A stretch of DNA of 63,608 bases, filler included, from Syncephalis fuscata S228 (Eukaryota > Fungi > Zoopagomycota): assembly GCA_025786725.1 (NCBI GenBank). It is 6 parts of 6 records of this genome, joined end to end, with 100 filler letters (N's around TTAATTAATTAA, not from the genome) between each part and the next. Parts side by side here need not be neighbours in the genome. Positions count along the whole stretch, not along the records: positions 39,433 to 48,836 come from JAHLTZ010000311.1; positions 48,937 to 59,985 come from JAHLTZ010000286.1; 4 more parts are not named here. One strand, written 5' to 3'. Every line of letters begins with the position of its first letter. Position 1 is the stretch's first letter. Shown in pieces: positions 39,433 to 52,600 of this stretch. The notes below the pieces were generated by a model. The model saw only the letters and a list, made by a program, of their open reading frames with translations, had not been told where the DNA came from and did no database searches. The position numbers and the translations under genes are program-made.

Positions 39433-41945
39433 AATGGTACACCGTCAGCCACACGTGCTGTGAACGGTATGCTAATCATGTACATTGGTTGTTTTATTAG
39501 CATTGGTGGTGGCGTGTATCAAGTATAACCGGCATCATTGGTAGATCATGTTATGCGGCATTGCCACTGGCAACTATACAGATGCTATCAGTCATCCGTA
39601 ATAGTACTGACAATGTTAATGGCTGTGAATGTGTTATACAGACAATGGCGATTTTGGCTACATACCGTATACAATTATGTAGTGGAGTGTATAACAATAA
39701 CAGCCATTGGTATAGTATTGTCCATTGGTGCGCACACCATACTGTTGCTGGTATACAAAAGCAAATCTTATGCATAGTCATCAGTTAGTAACAGTGCATA
39801 TTATGCTGCCACTTGCTAAACGAGCAGACGTTAACTGTCCATGTTATTTGTAGATATGTTTCAAATTGGCAAGCACCAACACTAGGTTTACTACTTGTGT
39901 CGCCAATTACCCAGTAACAACTGGCATGGCAATTCTCAATAGCCAGCATTAGTATACAGTTTATATTGACGATCGGTAATCTTCAACAGTAATTTCAATT
40001 GTGGCATTTATTAAACACAGCTCACTACTGTCGTTGGCAATACAAATAGCAACTATTTTGCCAATTCCTAGTTGTTGCACTGCAATACATAGCATTGGTT
40101 TACAATGGTAGTAAGCTGTATAAATAGCGCTCACTAACTGTTAGTATCGGTAGCTATATCATGCCAATGATGCACGCAGTATATTCAACACTAACTGTCG
40201 ACCAGTAACCAGCAATACACAATAACAGATAGCACTAATGTAGCCATATGATTAACTGATACCCATGTTACATGTCTATTAACCTATAGCCGGCTATGGA
40301 AATAATCAAATATCCATACTTTATCGGTGTTGACGCGCGATTACTAGCATATTGCTTAACAGAATATTGCTATACTATTATATTGGCTATTGTTAATCAG
40401 TTGATACAGCTAATCAGCAGGTATCCGTAAATACTATGCAACCAGCTAGTCGGTAAACAACATGGATTAATAGCGTTTGGCCAGCTATATATATATATAT
40501 TGAAAACATGCATGGTGCTTAGTTGTCCATTTGCTAATAGCGCTTGCTATTAATTTCTACTATTTAGATAGATATTAACAATACGATCTTGTCAATAGAA
40601 TAATGCTAATTTCTATAGTAATCATGAGCAATATTACAATGTTGCCATTGCCAGCTAACTAATATAGCTGGCTATACGTTGATGGCAACAGTAATTTAAT
40701 GTTTTCATGTTCACTACTGACCATTGACGGCTGCTTGATTGTTTATTAATGCTTATATATATATATTATACAATTATCCGTGTTAGTAATGTAGCTGTTT
40801 ATATATTATAATCGACACATATTCATTATATAGCGCTCTGTAATAACGTTCATTGGCACTATTCCAGCGTCAAAACTATTAACTTTGTCATAACATCGTT
40901 GCAAACTTTAAATAGCTGTATTAGCTCAATATCGATCTGTACCAAAATAGTTGCCATGTACATGCACAATAGTCTTTTTGTAATGCTCTATAGTCTGCAA
41001 TACATTAATCGAATGATCTATGTCAAAGTATCACTATCATATCTATATGCTAAATATACTCATACATGTTTTGGTTATTGCCAAGGTATGAGCCAATTTC
41101 ACTGTCGACTCGTTTATTGCACCGTTTAATCAATTTACCCATCACATCGGCTTTAATACTAAGAAGCCGTCCCAATCTTGTTGCCTTCTTTTGAATATGC
41201 TTAATTCAACGGAACATTTTACTTTGTTCTGTTTACTTACAAATCAACAACAGCTCATCAATACTACCAATTCCCAGTTGTAGACTGCCAATAAGCAGTG
41301 CAAATCCATCAGATATATCGTCGAAATTACATAATCGATTACGCCAGGTAGAACAACAACATAAGCGATCAGCTACTGAATACAACGTAATATGCTGTGT
41401 GCATGTGACGCTAATCGATGATGAAATAAAATGATACCTTTACGCATCAATGCCACAAATACTGACATTGGTTCTAAATAATTAGCACTCTGTGTATTAG
41501 TATAGAATGAACGGAAACAGAATAGATCATAGCTACAAGGTAGCTAGCATTTCTTACGTGTATCCTCGAGCTTAATAGCATCAGTCGTCAATGGATGTAT
41601 ACGGAATATCTAGTATTCAATGTACTTTAATTCTGATTAATTGTCTATTCTATATCATTCATTAACAAATGCACGTATTTCTGAATCAGTGGATGTTATT
41701 GCATCCACTTGGAACAAAGCTTTGCGCAATAGATTGGCTGTCTAGTGTATATCCATTAATGTTATGGCTTCATTTTTCGCAGAAGCAATGCAGCTTTTCA
41801 ATAATGCTGTCGCCGCATATTTGAACTAATATCAACCGACATTGCTGAAGCAAAGCTGTTACACCGGTCAGCTGTACTTAATAGCGCTAAATCAAATTCA
41901 ACATCCTCCAGTCATAAATCCAATTTTCAGCGCTTGTATACAAAT
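39433..41945 (-). mobile_element. Heavily decayed retrotransposon-like coding remnant (gag-like ~41530-41945; protease-like ~39435-39540)
   Basis: Manual translation with stops and frameshifts: AENWIY..AKNEAITLMDIH*TANLLRKALF..EIRAFVNE*..HPLTTDAIKLE; near the contig edge VILDT/ATTN/PFTARVADGVP. Confidence 0.35.
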
Positions 41946-42010
41946 TTAATTGAGCAGTGCCGCGTATTGTATAGAAGTGGTCGCTGATCTAGCCGTTATT
42001 GGCATATTAC

Positions 42011-44058
42011 GCCATAAATAAGCTGACAGTCTAAATTAACCACCAACAAAAGCTGTCGATTGAATAATCCTTGTAACTTCAAAATAAACAAAACACGGAT
42101 TTACCAGAATATACAATATACAATACAGTTTAATGATTTGTAGCGGCGTGTAGCAATAGCTGACGGCGTAATAAAAATCTCGACCCAATTAACAAGCGTG
42201 CTTATATACCACAAAAGGCTATGTAGCCGCTGCAACAACTGTAGCTTGCTATTTACAAATATTCAACAGCATAGAAGAAGGCCATGCTGAATAGACTGAA
42301 TGAAAGTAGACATGAACGACAAGCGGCAGATCTTACAACAAATAAAGCTACTAACAAGTGAACCACTGTAACAAACTGCGCACGTTTATTAGAAAACAAA
42401 GCACTACGCAATAAGACGAGTAGACACGCTAAAGTGTATAGACAGGAAAGTAACTGCTGCAGTGTATATGGACCAATGAGAGATAAAAAGGAATGAGCTG
42501 AGCTTTACAACCAATAGACCTAGCGCCAAATAAACAGCAGTTTTGAGTAGCGCATGGCTATCATATGACAGAACGATACAGAATGAAACGAATATATAAA
42601 GTAAAAAGTATGAATAGCAGTGGTATAGCTACTAAGCATATATGCATGAGTGAATGAGCGACATTAGTCGACATTTATAAATAATAAAGCTAGAACAGAA
42701 ATAAACATATTTTTGGATAGAGCAAGGCTATACGAGTATAGAGTGATGTATAGAATGATAAATGTACGGTAAGAAAGCATGTAAAACGACATCAAAGCTA
42801 TAGTGTATATAGCGCAATGAATGGAGAGAGAAAAGTGTATTGGGACAAACAGATGATAGAATGTACCTAGTATGTTATAAAATGGTATATAGAGGTGTGG
42901 GATATAAAAGAATGGTATACGTGAATAGAGGATATATGCATACTGGATAATGAATCTATAATGATGAGTATTTTGATGATAGACGTCACTCACCGCCCAT
43001 CATCATGTTCAATAGGCTGGATGTTATTAAAAATAGTCATTTGACCACCAAGCAAACAACAAATGTGATGATGTGATGATTAAATAAAACTCACCACTTG
43101 TCCCATGTTCAATAGAATAGATGTGTAGTCCAATTACGCGAATATTATTAAAAAGTCATTTGTCTCCCAAGTTACACTAAGTGGCTAATAAACTGTTTAA
43201 TATTAATGCAATAGCTTTAATAAGACAGCTAAATAAATAATTATTGTTATAAAAACACAACGACAATTATATACGCATATGAATGTGTAGAATATTAGTT
43301 AGAAAGCGTTGGAAGATCTTTACTGATAGTAAGGAATAATCGGATACATAGTTGTTCTTTACGTAAGTATATATACACGCGCATATCAAAGCACTACAGC
43401 AAACATAGCAGATGGCATAGTAACAGTAGATTTAAGTAGGCTAACAAACGCCATTATTTGATAAAACAAAATATGTGGCTAATATAAAATAGTAAGTTGT
43501 TATTTACAAGTATTTGGCAGTATAGAGTGGAGGCCACACTGAGCATATTGAATAAAAGTAGAGAGAAAGAAGTGGCAGTTGGCAGACTTAACAACAAATG
43601 AAGCCATTAGCAAGTAGAAGACTACAATGAGTAGTACGTGCTTATTAAATAAAAGTGGTATGCAATTAAGCAAACGAACAATGAAGTAGAAGCTGCATTG
43701 TAAATAAATCATGAGCGGACTAAGCGAAGTATATCAAAGTTGTAACTAACAAAGCGAATTAAATGAATATAAATGTTAAATAAAGCGCATTTATTATTTG
43801 ATGAAACAAAATAAAATAGAACGAATATACAAAGCAAAAAGTATGAATGCCAGCGGCGTAGTTATTCGGTGTAAAGAGCCTTAATGAACGAGCGAAAACA
43901 GTTGAGGTTTGTAAAAATAAAGCTAGAAAAAAGGACAACAGTTCTGAATGAAGCAAAGCTAAGTAAACATAAAGTGATGTCTTTTAAAATGAATACGCAA
44001 TGAGAATAGTGTAAACAGCATTGTTAAGATCGTAGTGTATAAAACGCATCGAGTGGAC
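42011..44058. repeat. Reverse-complement duplicate of ~21943-23995 (overlap between contigs 2 and 4)
   Basis: Near-identical; mirrored ORF calls 23010..23339(+) and 42664..42993(-). Confidence 0.95.
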
Positions 44059-44520
44059 TGTTGAGCCGTTGAACATTTGAGCCGTTGAACATTTAAACCG
44101 TTGAACATTTGAGCCGTTGAACATTTAAACCGTTGAACATTTACCGTTGAACATTTAAACCGTTGAACATTTGAGCCGTTGAACATTTAAACCGTTGAAC
44201 ATTTAACCGTTGAACATTTAACCGTTGAACATTTAAACCGTTGAACATTTGAGCCGTTGAACATTTACCGTTGAACATTTGAGCCGTTGAACATTTGAGC
44301 CGTTGAACATTTGAGCCGTTGAACATTTAAACCGTTGAACATTTAAACCGTTGAACATTTAAACCATTGAACATTTGAGCCGTTGAACATTTGAGCCGTT
44401 GAACATTTGAACCGTTGAACATTTGAGCCGTTGAACATTTGAGCCGTTGAACATTTGAACCGTTGAACATTTAAACCGTTGAACATTTGAGCCGTTGAAC
44501 ATTTAAGCCGCTGAGCCGTT
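44059..44520. repeat. 16-bp minisatellite, 28 units (CCGTTGAACATTT + GAG/AAA/GAA/AA/A)
   Basis: Counted directly. Confidence 0.97.
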
Positions 44521-47500
44521 CGACTCACTTCCACCACTTTTGACTCCACTCTCTTTTCATTCCTTTTAGTGAACATAAAATTAAAGTACCTGACATCTGG
44601 GTCCAAAATACCATCATCATAGATTTATTATCCAGTATGCATATATTTTTAATCCAACAATATCATTAAAATGTATCTTTACATCCTACTCTTAGTCAAT
44701 GACAGGTTGAACACTTATATTTATTATGCATTTCAATCAGCTTCACTCAGTCCGCTCAGTGCGTTATAGCTTTATTATAGTTATTTTTATTATTAATAAC
44801 TGTTTATTACAATTATTAACCATTTAATGTGATTTGTGTCAAACGGCTACTTTTGATATTCGCGCAACTGGCCTGCACATTTGTTCTATTGAACATGGGG
44901 ACGGGTGGTGAGTTTTATTAACGATCAAATCATCACATTTGGTGTGATTTGGTGGTTAAATGGCTATTTTGATTATTTACGCGTTTGAACTAAACATTCA
45001 ACCTATTGAACATGGAGCTGGGTGGTGAGCGACATCAAAGTTTAAAACACTTGTCATTATAGATTTATTATCCAGTATGCATATATCTCTATCTACCTAC
45101 ACCACTCCCTTTTATTCCGCACTTCTATGTATCATTCTACGACATACTGGACACATTCTGTTCATTAAGTACACCAGCACACTCTACTCATTCCCTCCTT
45201 GCGTTATATGCACTATAGTTTGACATCGTTTTATATGTCATTTTACACTCGCCCATCTATGCTCAATCCAAAACTGGTTTTATTTTTGTTCTAGCGTTAT
45301 TATTAACAACTGTCGACTAATGTCGCTCATTGATCATGCATATATGCTCAGTAACTATACCACTGCTGTCCATACTTTTTACTTTGTATATTCGTTTTAT
45401 TATCCAGTAAATACGCGCTAGCTATTACCGTTGTCTGTTTGGTTCTAGCACCACTATTAGAAAAGTTCACGCAAGTTGCTTATCTGCTCATGCATATATG
45501 CTCGATAGCTTTAACAAAGCTAGTTGTCTTTAACTAGCATAGCTGATAGCTGTTATGCTATTTTACCGTACAGTTACTATGCGCCATCAATAACTACTGT
45601 CAGCTTGACGCCAGCTTTAATATTGACAAGTTTGACTCGTTCCGCTTAGTCATTCCTTTCCAAGGCGCACTATAGCTTTAATGCTGCTACTCACACAATT
45701 ACTTTTGGTATTTTATTTGCTCCATATTATTGTATGCTTAATGGCTATGCTTTATTTGCAGAAGCTATACGTTCCTTGTTAGCTGTTTGTTGCAAAGTTT
45801 AGCTCTGAGCACTTCTTTTACTCTTTGCACACAAACGCGCAAGTAGAATAGCCTTCTTACACTGCTAGTGCTCTTTTTGCTGTTTTCCAGTGCTGATATG
45901 TTGCAATGGTATCGAACGGGCCAGCGATGAACTGGTATAAGCTATTATACCAAATAAAGCTTGTTATTACAAAATAGATATTCGCTATGGGTGTTATGTA
46001 TACGTGCTTTAAAAGTGTCGTATAGCTTATTGCAGGGTAATCATGTATTGCGCTATAGCTACTTGAGCATAAGGACAAAGTGTACGTATATTTACCATGT
46101 GGCCGTAGACAGTGCTGGCTACTCTATTCGACACAGTTAAAAGCAATAATAAACTTGGCCAAAAACAATTTGCTTTAAAGATTTTATTAGATGGATTGCA
46201 TTAGTATTCAACATATAAGCCATTGGTATTTACTGTAGCTACAAGCTTGAAACTGGTCCCATTTAGCTGCTTTGCGTGCCGCCTAAATGATCGGCATTGT
46301 TTGAAATAAAGCCATAGCTGGTATTGCCAAATAGACAGATTTACTTGCTATGCTACATGTAAAGTTTAGCATAGATCATTTTTACGCTTAGTCGGTTAAG
46401 CCGTGTAATCTAGATTTAATCCATCAGCTTATTGCGTTGTAAAGAGCTTGCCAATATTAATGTTCAGACAATATAATGACAGTAATAAAGACTGTTTTGC
46501 AATAAGTGTACAAGAAAACACACGGTTTACTACATATTACACTAATAGTTACATGTACTGAAGATTCTACTGGAATGGTTGTAGCTGCTTATACGGAGAC
46601 TAAGAGCAATTGCGTAGTACATTGGTCATAGACGGTTTTAGACGACTCATGTTTTATTACGACATTTTCCACAACTATCACAATACATAAGCTGGCTTTA
46701 CCGCTCCTCCGAACCAACACTGCACCTTTATCTTCTTTTCTACTCTTTACCACTCGATATACACTACACTCATTCGCCCTTACTGCCATTTGCTGTCCAA
46801 TATGCTTTGCACTTGCTAGCCGTCTAATGATTACAAGATCACTGCTGGTTGCTGCTATATGTACTAAGGTCGGTAAACGGGCGTGGGAGGTGCGATGCAG
46901 TTGTGCCTTTTGGCTATGAAGCACTGGATATGCAGTGTTCTAGAAGCTATATATCACGCAGTGTGTACTCCAGCATGCTGTAGAAGGCGCTTGTCTGCAC
47001 ATAGTTGATTGGTCTTTTGTATAGTAACATTGGTACGCTTACCGTGTGTTTGTTTGCGAGGTTGCCTTGCTGAGTATCTGGCTGTTGAGCGACATAAGGT
47101 TTGCGCTTGAAGATATCTGATATCTGATGGTGCAGAGCAAATGTTGTTTGGACAACCACTACTTATTGCGGTGTAGTCAAGCAGCAAACATCATTGGCAC
47201 ATGTGGCTCATCTCGTTTACTGACCCTCTTCAATAGATATAGATTTAAGCGATATTTAGATTTGGCAAGAACAGGGCCACAATATGCTGTACAGTCATCC
47301 GGTTTGTACTAGTCTATCATTATTTATGTATTTCTTTGTTTAAATAAATAAATGTAGCATTTCTTATTTATTAACATACTACTATTAGTTGCGTTCATAT
47401 AAATACAGACATCTTCCCATTTAATAATAGTACTAGTTGTTTCTGCTATTGTTATTACACTGATAATAAACAACCTATTAAGCCATTGAATGTGCTTTGA

Positions 47501-48836
47501 AGGCAAACGATTAAATTTGATGCATCCATGCAGTTGAGCTAGACAATTGCTCTGTTGAACATAATAACGAGCGTGGTGAATCAAAGTTTAAAATATTTAT
47601 TGGCATAGATGTATTATCCAGTACGCTTATATCCAACATTTACTTGTATCATTCGTCTATTATCGCATACTATTATGTATTATTCTACAATACACTAGCC
47701 GCATTCTGGTTATTGTATGCGGCAACACACCTCACTCATCCAACTATTACGCTGTACATTCACTAAATTGTATGCTGTTTATTGTATAACGCATAAGAGC
47801 TATGCAACGCCATTGTTGTTTTGATTCCAGATCTATTATTAAATAAGTGCTCTTTTATGTTTTAGCGCTTTTGGCATCGGAAAGGCGCTGTAGCATTAAC
47901 ACCATTTGTGCGGGCGCTTGAATGGCCATATTGGTACACTGTAGCTTTAGTACTGTAGATTTGACATAGATATTATATACTTTATATTTATAGAGTGTTG
48001 TTATATATTGTTATACAGTATATATTGGCCACACTACATCGATTGGCGTTGTCCATTTTACCCTAGCTTTATCTTTAAAGTTGGCCACTTATTACACTCA
48101 TTTTGCTAATGCCCATGTTACACGGTTACAATTAGACATACTAGAAAATTAACAGTAAATTAACTAAAAATATACTGCAGTCCAATTGATTCTGCCTACT
48201 CAAACGACAATTATGGCCATACTAAGCCAATAAAATGAGATGTGCAAATACTTAGTATTTTATCCAGAATTGTACATGCATATCAGAGTAATATTGGTTA
48301 AATATTGGTATAAATAAGTATACAGATAAATTTGTTTATTTACTGATGTAGTTTGTTTATTATGATAGTGCATTGATCAGTGTATGGTATATTGGCTATT
48401 AGCTATCAATTCAGCCTATTCTAGTGCAGCCACTGTAGCCACTGTAGCCATTTCAGCTAAGGGCCGCTTAGTATGGTCCTCGCAGGTCATTACTCGTATT
48501 TCAGCTACTGTATTTTGTTTATTTTACGTAGTTTTACGTAGTTTACGCATCACTTGCTTCCCTGCGTTGCTTCTACGTATTTGTCTATGTAATAGTGCAC
48601 TGCACACCATACTTGCTCCATTTCACTTATGTTGGCCTCAGTCCACACTGTATATCGCTCAGTACCTTCCCAACAGTCCCACTTTTTGATATGAATATAT
48701 AACAGCATCAAAAGCTAAGTTGAGATAAACCCAAGGTTTGAAAGCTGTGAGCCAACCATTGCACCATTTCCGGTTGGCCTTGCCATTGCTGTGAATACGC
48801 ATTGTTCCGTTGATCAGCACCAAAGCCATTGCTAAT
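44521..48836. repeat. Direct duplicate of 14113-18419
   Basis: Near-identical; duplicated ORF calls 17969..18274 and 48384..48689. Confidence 0.95.
45790..46235 (+). pseudogene. Decayed Ty3/Gypsy-type gag-like sequence (copies at ~15370-15815 + and ~20130-20580 -)
   Basis: AKFSSE..AQVE*..*YVAMVSNGPAMNWYKLL..ITK*..; after a frame change A*GQSVRIF..KILLDGL. This matches the order of retrotransposon gag motifs (G.A..WY, W, QG.SV..Y/F, GL). Confidence 0.45.
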
Positions 48837-48936
48837 NNNNNNNNNNNNNNNNNNNNNNNNNNNNNNNNNNNNNNNNNNNNTTAATTAATTAANNNNNNNN
48901 NNNNNNNNNNNNNNNNNNNNNNNNNNNNNNNNNNNN
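48837..48936. other. Artificial contig linker
   Basis: N-TTAATTAATTAA-N. Confidence 0.99.
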
Positions 48937-49604
48937 AGCAATAAACTTAACACAAGTTGCACATTATGTTGTCATCAATACAACAATAATAGATACTTGA
49001 ATCAATACTGATTTAGACCAAAACCAATACAATAGTAGCAGCTACTTGAGTCAATACTGGTTTGTACCAAAAGCTAATACAGCATGTTTAAGTTTATGAA
49101 TAAGACAACACTTGATCTATTGGCTACGAGACTATATTCCTATTCAACTTATAATTTATGAATTATTCAAAGTCAAACAATAATTTATATTGATTTATTT
49201 TGTTATTATAGACAACACCATACGTGGTTATATAGAAATTAATAACAATTATACATACAAATACTGTATTATATCATATATACTAAAATTACACTATATT
49301 ACATTATAATTGGTGTAAATGGTGCATTGTTTAATTATAAATAACAAATATTAATTTGCAATGTTACATATTTTGAATGTTACTTACTATCAAATTAGCC
49401 ATTGATAAGTTAAATTAATTTTATTTTCAAATCAAGCTTGATTGTAATAAACAATAAAAACGCGTGCTATTTACCGAAAAATAACACAATAAAAGTCAAT
49501 TTATACTTGCCACCATTTATTGTCGCTTTCTCGTTATTATTACTGTTATTACTGTTGTTGTTGTTTCTGTTATTATTACAACCAATTGTCTTAGTATTTC
49601 AACT

Positions 49605-52600
49605 ATGTATACTGTACTGTTTACACATCAGAAAAACAAAAAGACCAAGACATGGCAAGACGGTAAGAGTAACTATGCTATATGCTGTACGTATCTAATA
49701 GTTGACTCATAAACTTCACAGGCTATATAACCGTTTGTTTACAAACGTCGAAAGTATGCTATCAAGTATATGGCTGCGTCATAAAACTAATTAACTTATT
49801 CGACACTGATCATTAGGTGGTATTATATGACAATGCCAAAACACGACTCGGCAGGTAGGCTGTCACTGAATATCAACGCGCTAAACAGTTCGTAACATCA
49901 TTTTATTACACATAATATATTTAGTTTATTTCTTCGAGGTCAAGCAATTGAGATAGGAGAACAATACGAGATGGATCGGTATTTGATACAAATAGAAGGA
50001 ACTAAGGAATTACAAGTATCTAATAGCGCAATAACCAATGATCCTGTTCAGAAAGCTGCCAGTACACCGATAAGCACTGATACCAAAGCAAGTAAATGCC
50101 GATACTATGGCGATGATTACTAATTGTATAGATATATGATTAACGAATACAGAGATTGTATAAAAAGAGCCAATTTAAACCACCTCGCTTTACAACGCCA
50201 CAATCTACTCTACCCGCCGTTATTGCTACTACTGCCAGTAATAATAGTAATAATAGCGTTGCTACCAGCAACCTAGCTGAATCTATTAGCGTGAGTTATC
50301 AGCGCTTTATATGCAATAGGAAATTGTTTAAATTATACTAAATACTTAATGTTTAGGATAAAAATATCATGACAACACCTACCATTGCTACTAACGAAGA
50401 TTTGGCCAACAATTCATTGTCTTCGCCCATATCGGTTCCTCCTATAAAACGCCGTAAAGTAGGTTTAACACGCCCAACTTCAACAAAAACATCAATTGGA
50501 AATGATGGACAATTAAATTTAGTCGAACATAATATATATAAATCAAACAAAATCAATAACAATGAATTGCAGCCATTACCGCCAACGGCAACAACACCGA
50601 CTTCAAACCCTTGTTCAATAACGGTAAAATCAAACTCTTCAACTATATCTACCGATAGTCTCTTGTAGGTAGTCTATATTCCAACTCATACTACAGTACA
50701 TAATATTGATATTAGCTTATATAATAGCAGTCAAGAAAGAAAGCTATTTTTTCCATCAAACATCGCTGTACTGGCCGGTAAACCATTGTCTGAAGCAAAA
50801 ACACCCACCAAAGTTGAAAAATCAGGCAACTTACGACGTCAGTTAAAGGCACCACTCAGATATGTAAGTAGATTAAATGCTTTCTATTTCACTAATTTGT
50901 ATAACCTATTTACCTTTATTTAGACTTGTGTTTCTTCTTATCGTAAAGTATTTACTCGAATGATCTATGAACACTTACAGGTAGCATTGCAATGGTATTT
51001 ATCCAAAAACAAGTACTAAACTATAGATTAGGTGCTATTATGTGAGCAATCTATTCGATTTCATACAGTGGCACTTGGTAATCGATACTCAGGCATGAGT
51101 GCTGCTGAAAAGTATTATCGATCACGCGGTATCTCATTCTATGGCCATTGTACATTATCTATTCAATATTCAGTAGGATTTATAAATAACAATAAGTATC
51201 ATCATTGACACTGGATTATAGGGAGCAAACCATTCTTCAGCTGTTCAGGATACATTTCTACTCAAGTTGGATCAATATGAACATTCGTCAAAGTAAGAAT
51301 AATAACAATGATTTAGTAATACTAACACTTGTACTAATAATTACTTGTCTAGATATGCTAAAGGTTACTTAATAATAGTTTAAATTAAATATTCATTAAT
51401 TACTAGTATCTAAATAGATGACTTGTGGATTTTATCAAAAGATCGTCTATTTAAATCAGAATCGACATTTTTGGCACGTAGCACATTTTATGGTCCATCA
51501 TCAACCACCAGTAGCATACAAGTAATATCAACTACATTACAGATTAAGTTCTATGGCTAATATATATATATATATTGTTATATAGCTCAAAAGTTTAAAC
51601 GAACAGGATATATTTAAACTGCGCCAGTTACAGATAGAATGCGCGGGACTGTGTGCCATTAGAGCATTTAATGCAAGCAGTGAATACACAATGCTTGGTG
51701 CGTAATACTTAATATATAGTAAAATTAGAATACAATTAGGCTGTAGTGCTTATAGTATCCATAGAATTGTTTGAAAGTGAAGGTCTACTTGAGAATACGC
51801 CTATTATGCCGGCAATTCTATCACACACCATACGATCCAGTTCAATGAATTATATGGCCGATGAACAAGAAATAGAACAGTCACTACAGTTAAAAGAAGC
51901 AATGATGGATGAAGCATCATTTATTAGAGCGTCGTTAAAACAACTTATTGAGCAATATAAACTAAATGAAGACCAGCAAAAGTAAACATAATAATAATGT
52001 AATAATACACGATTAACCATAATCAATAGGGTAATGCATTCTTTTGCGTATATGCTGAGTCGACCCAAACACCTTCCAACAGCTCCATTATTAATTCATG
52101 GTAAGTTAATAGTAACAGGAATAATAACAATAATAAAATTAAACATAATATCTATGTTATTTAGGTGTTTTTGGTGCGGGTAAAAGGTAAATATTAGAAT
52201 AACAATATTTGACAAGCATTCTACTGCGTTATTAATATCAAAACATATTTATAGTTTTCTAATTGGTATAATGGTGTTATTTGTCATGCGTATACTCAAT
52301 CCATTACGGGAAAAAGAGTCAAAACCCCTTTGTAGATTATTAATCACAGCAATGACGGTAAATAAATACACCCTCTACAATTATAGCTTACAAATAGAAT
52401 GATACATAGAATGTAGCAGTAGATAATATATTAGAGGTAATTAACAAACTATTAATAGTTGTAATATTTGATACTAATTAAATGAATAGGGATTAATACA
52501 AATTGAGTTTCATGATTTTGTCAGAGTGGGAAGGTAGATTCATAGTATTACGTAGTAATCCCTATTAATTGTATTGTCAGTCTTAAAAAGATCAACAAAA

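Noticed and set aside
41050-41911. Long stop-interrupted frame suggesting an alternative genetic code
   Set aside because: All three stop codons and frameshifts occur, and intact genes end in TAA, TAG and TGA; decay explains it better.
44059-44520. CRISPR-like array
   Set aside because: Units are separated by only 1-3 nt, with no unique spacers, no cas genes and a eukaryotic context; it is a minisatellite.
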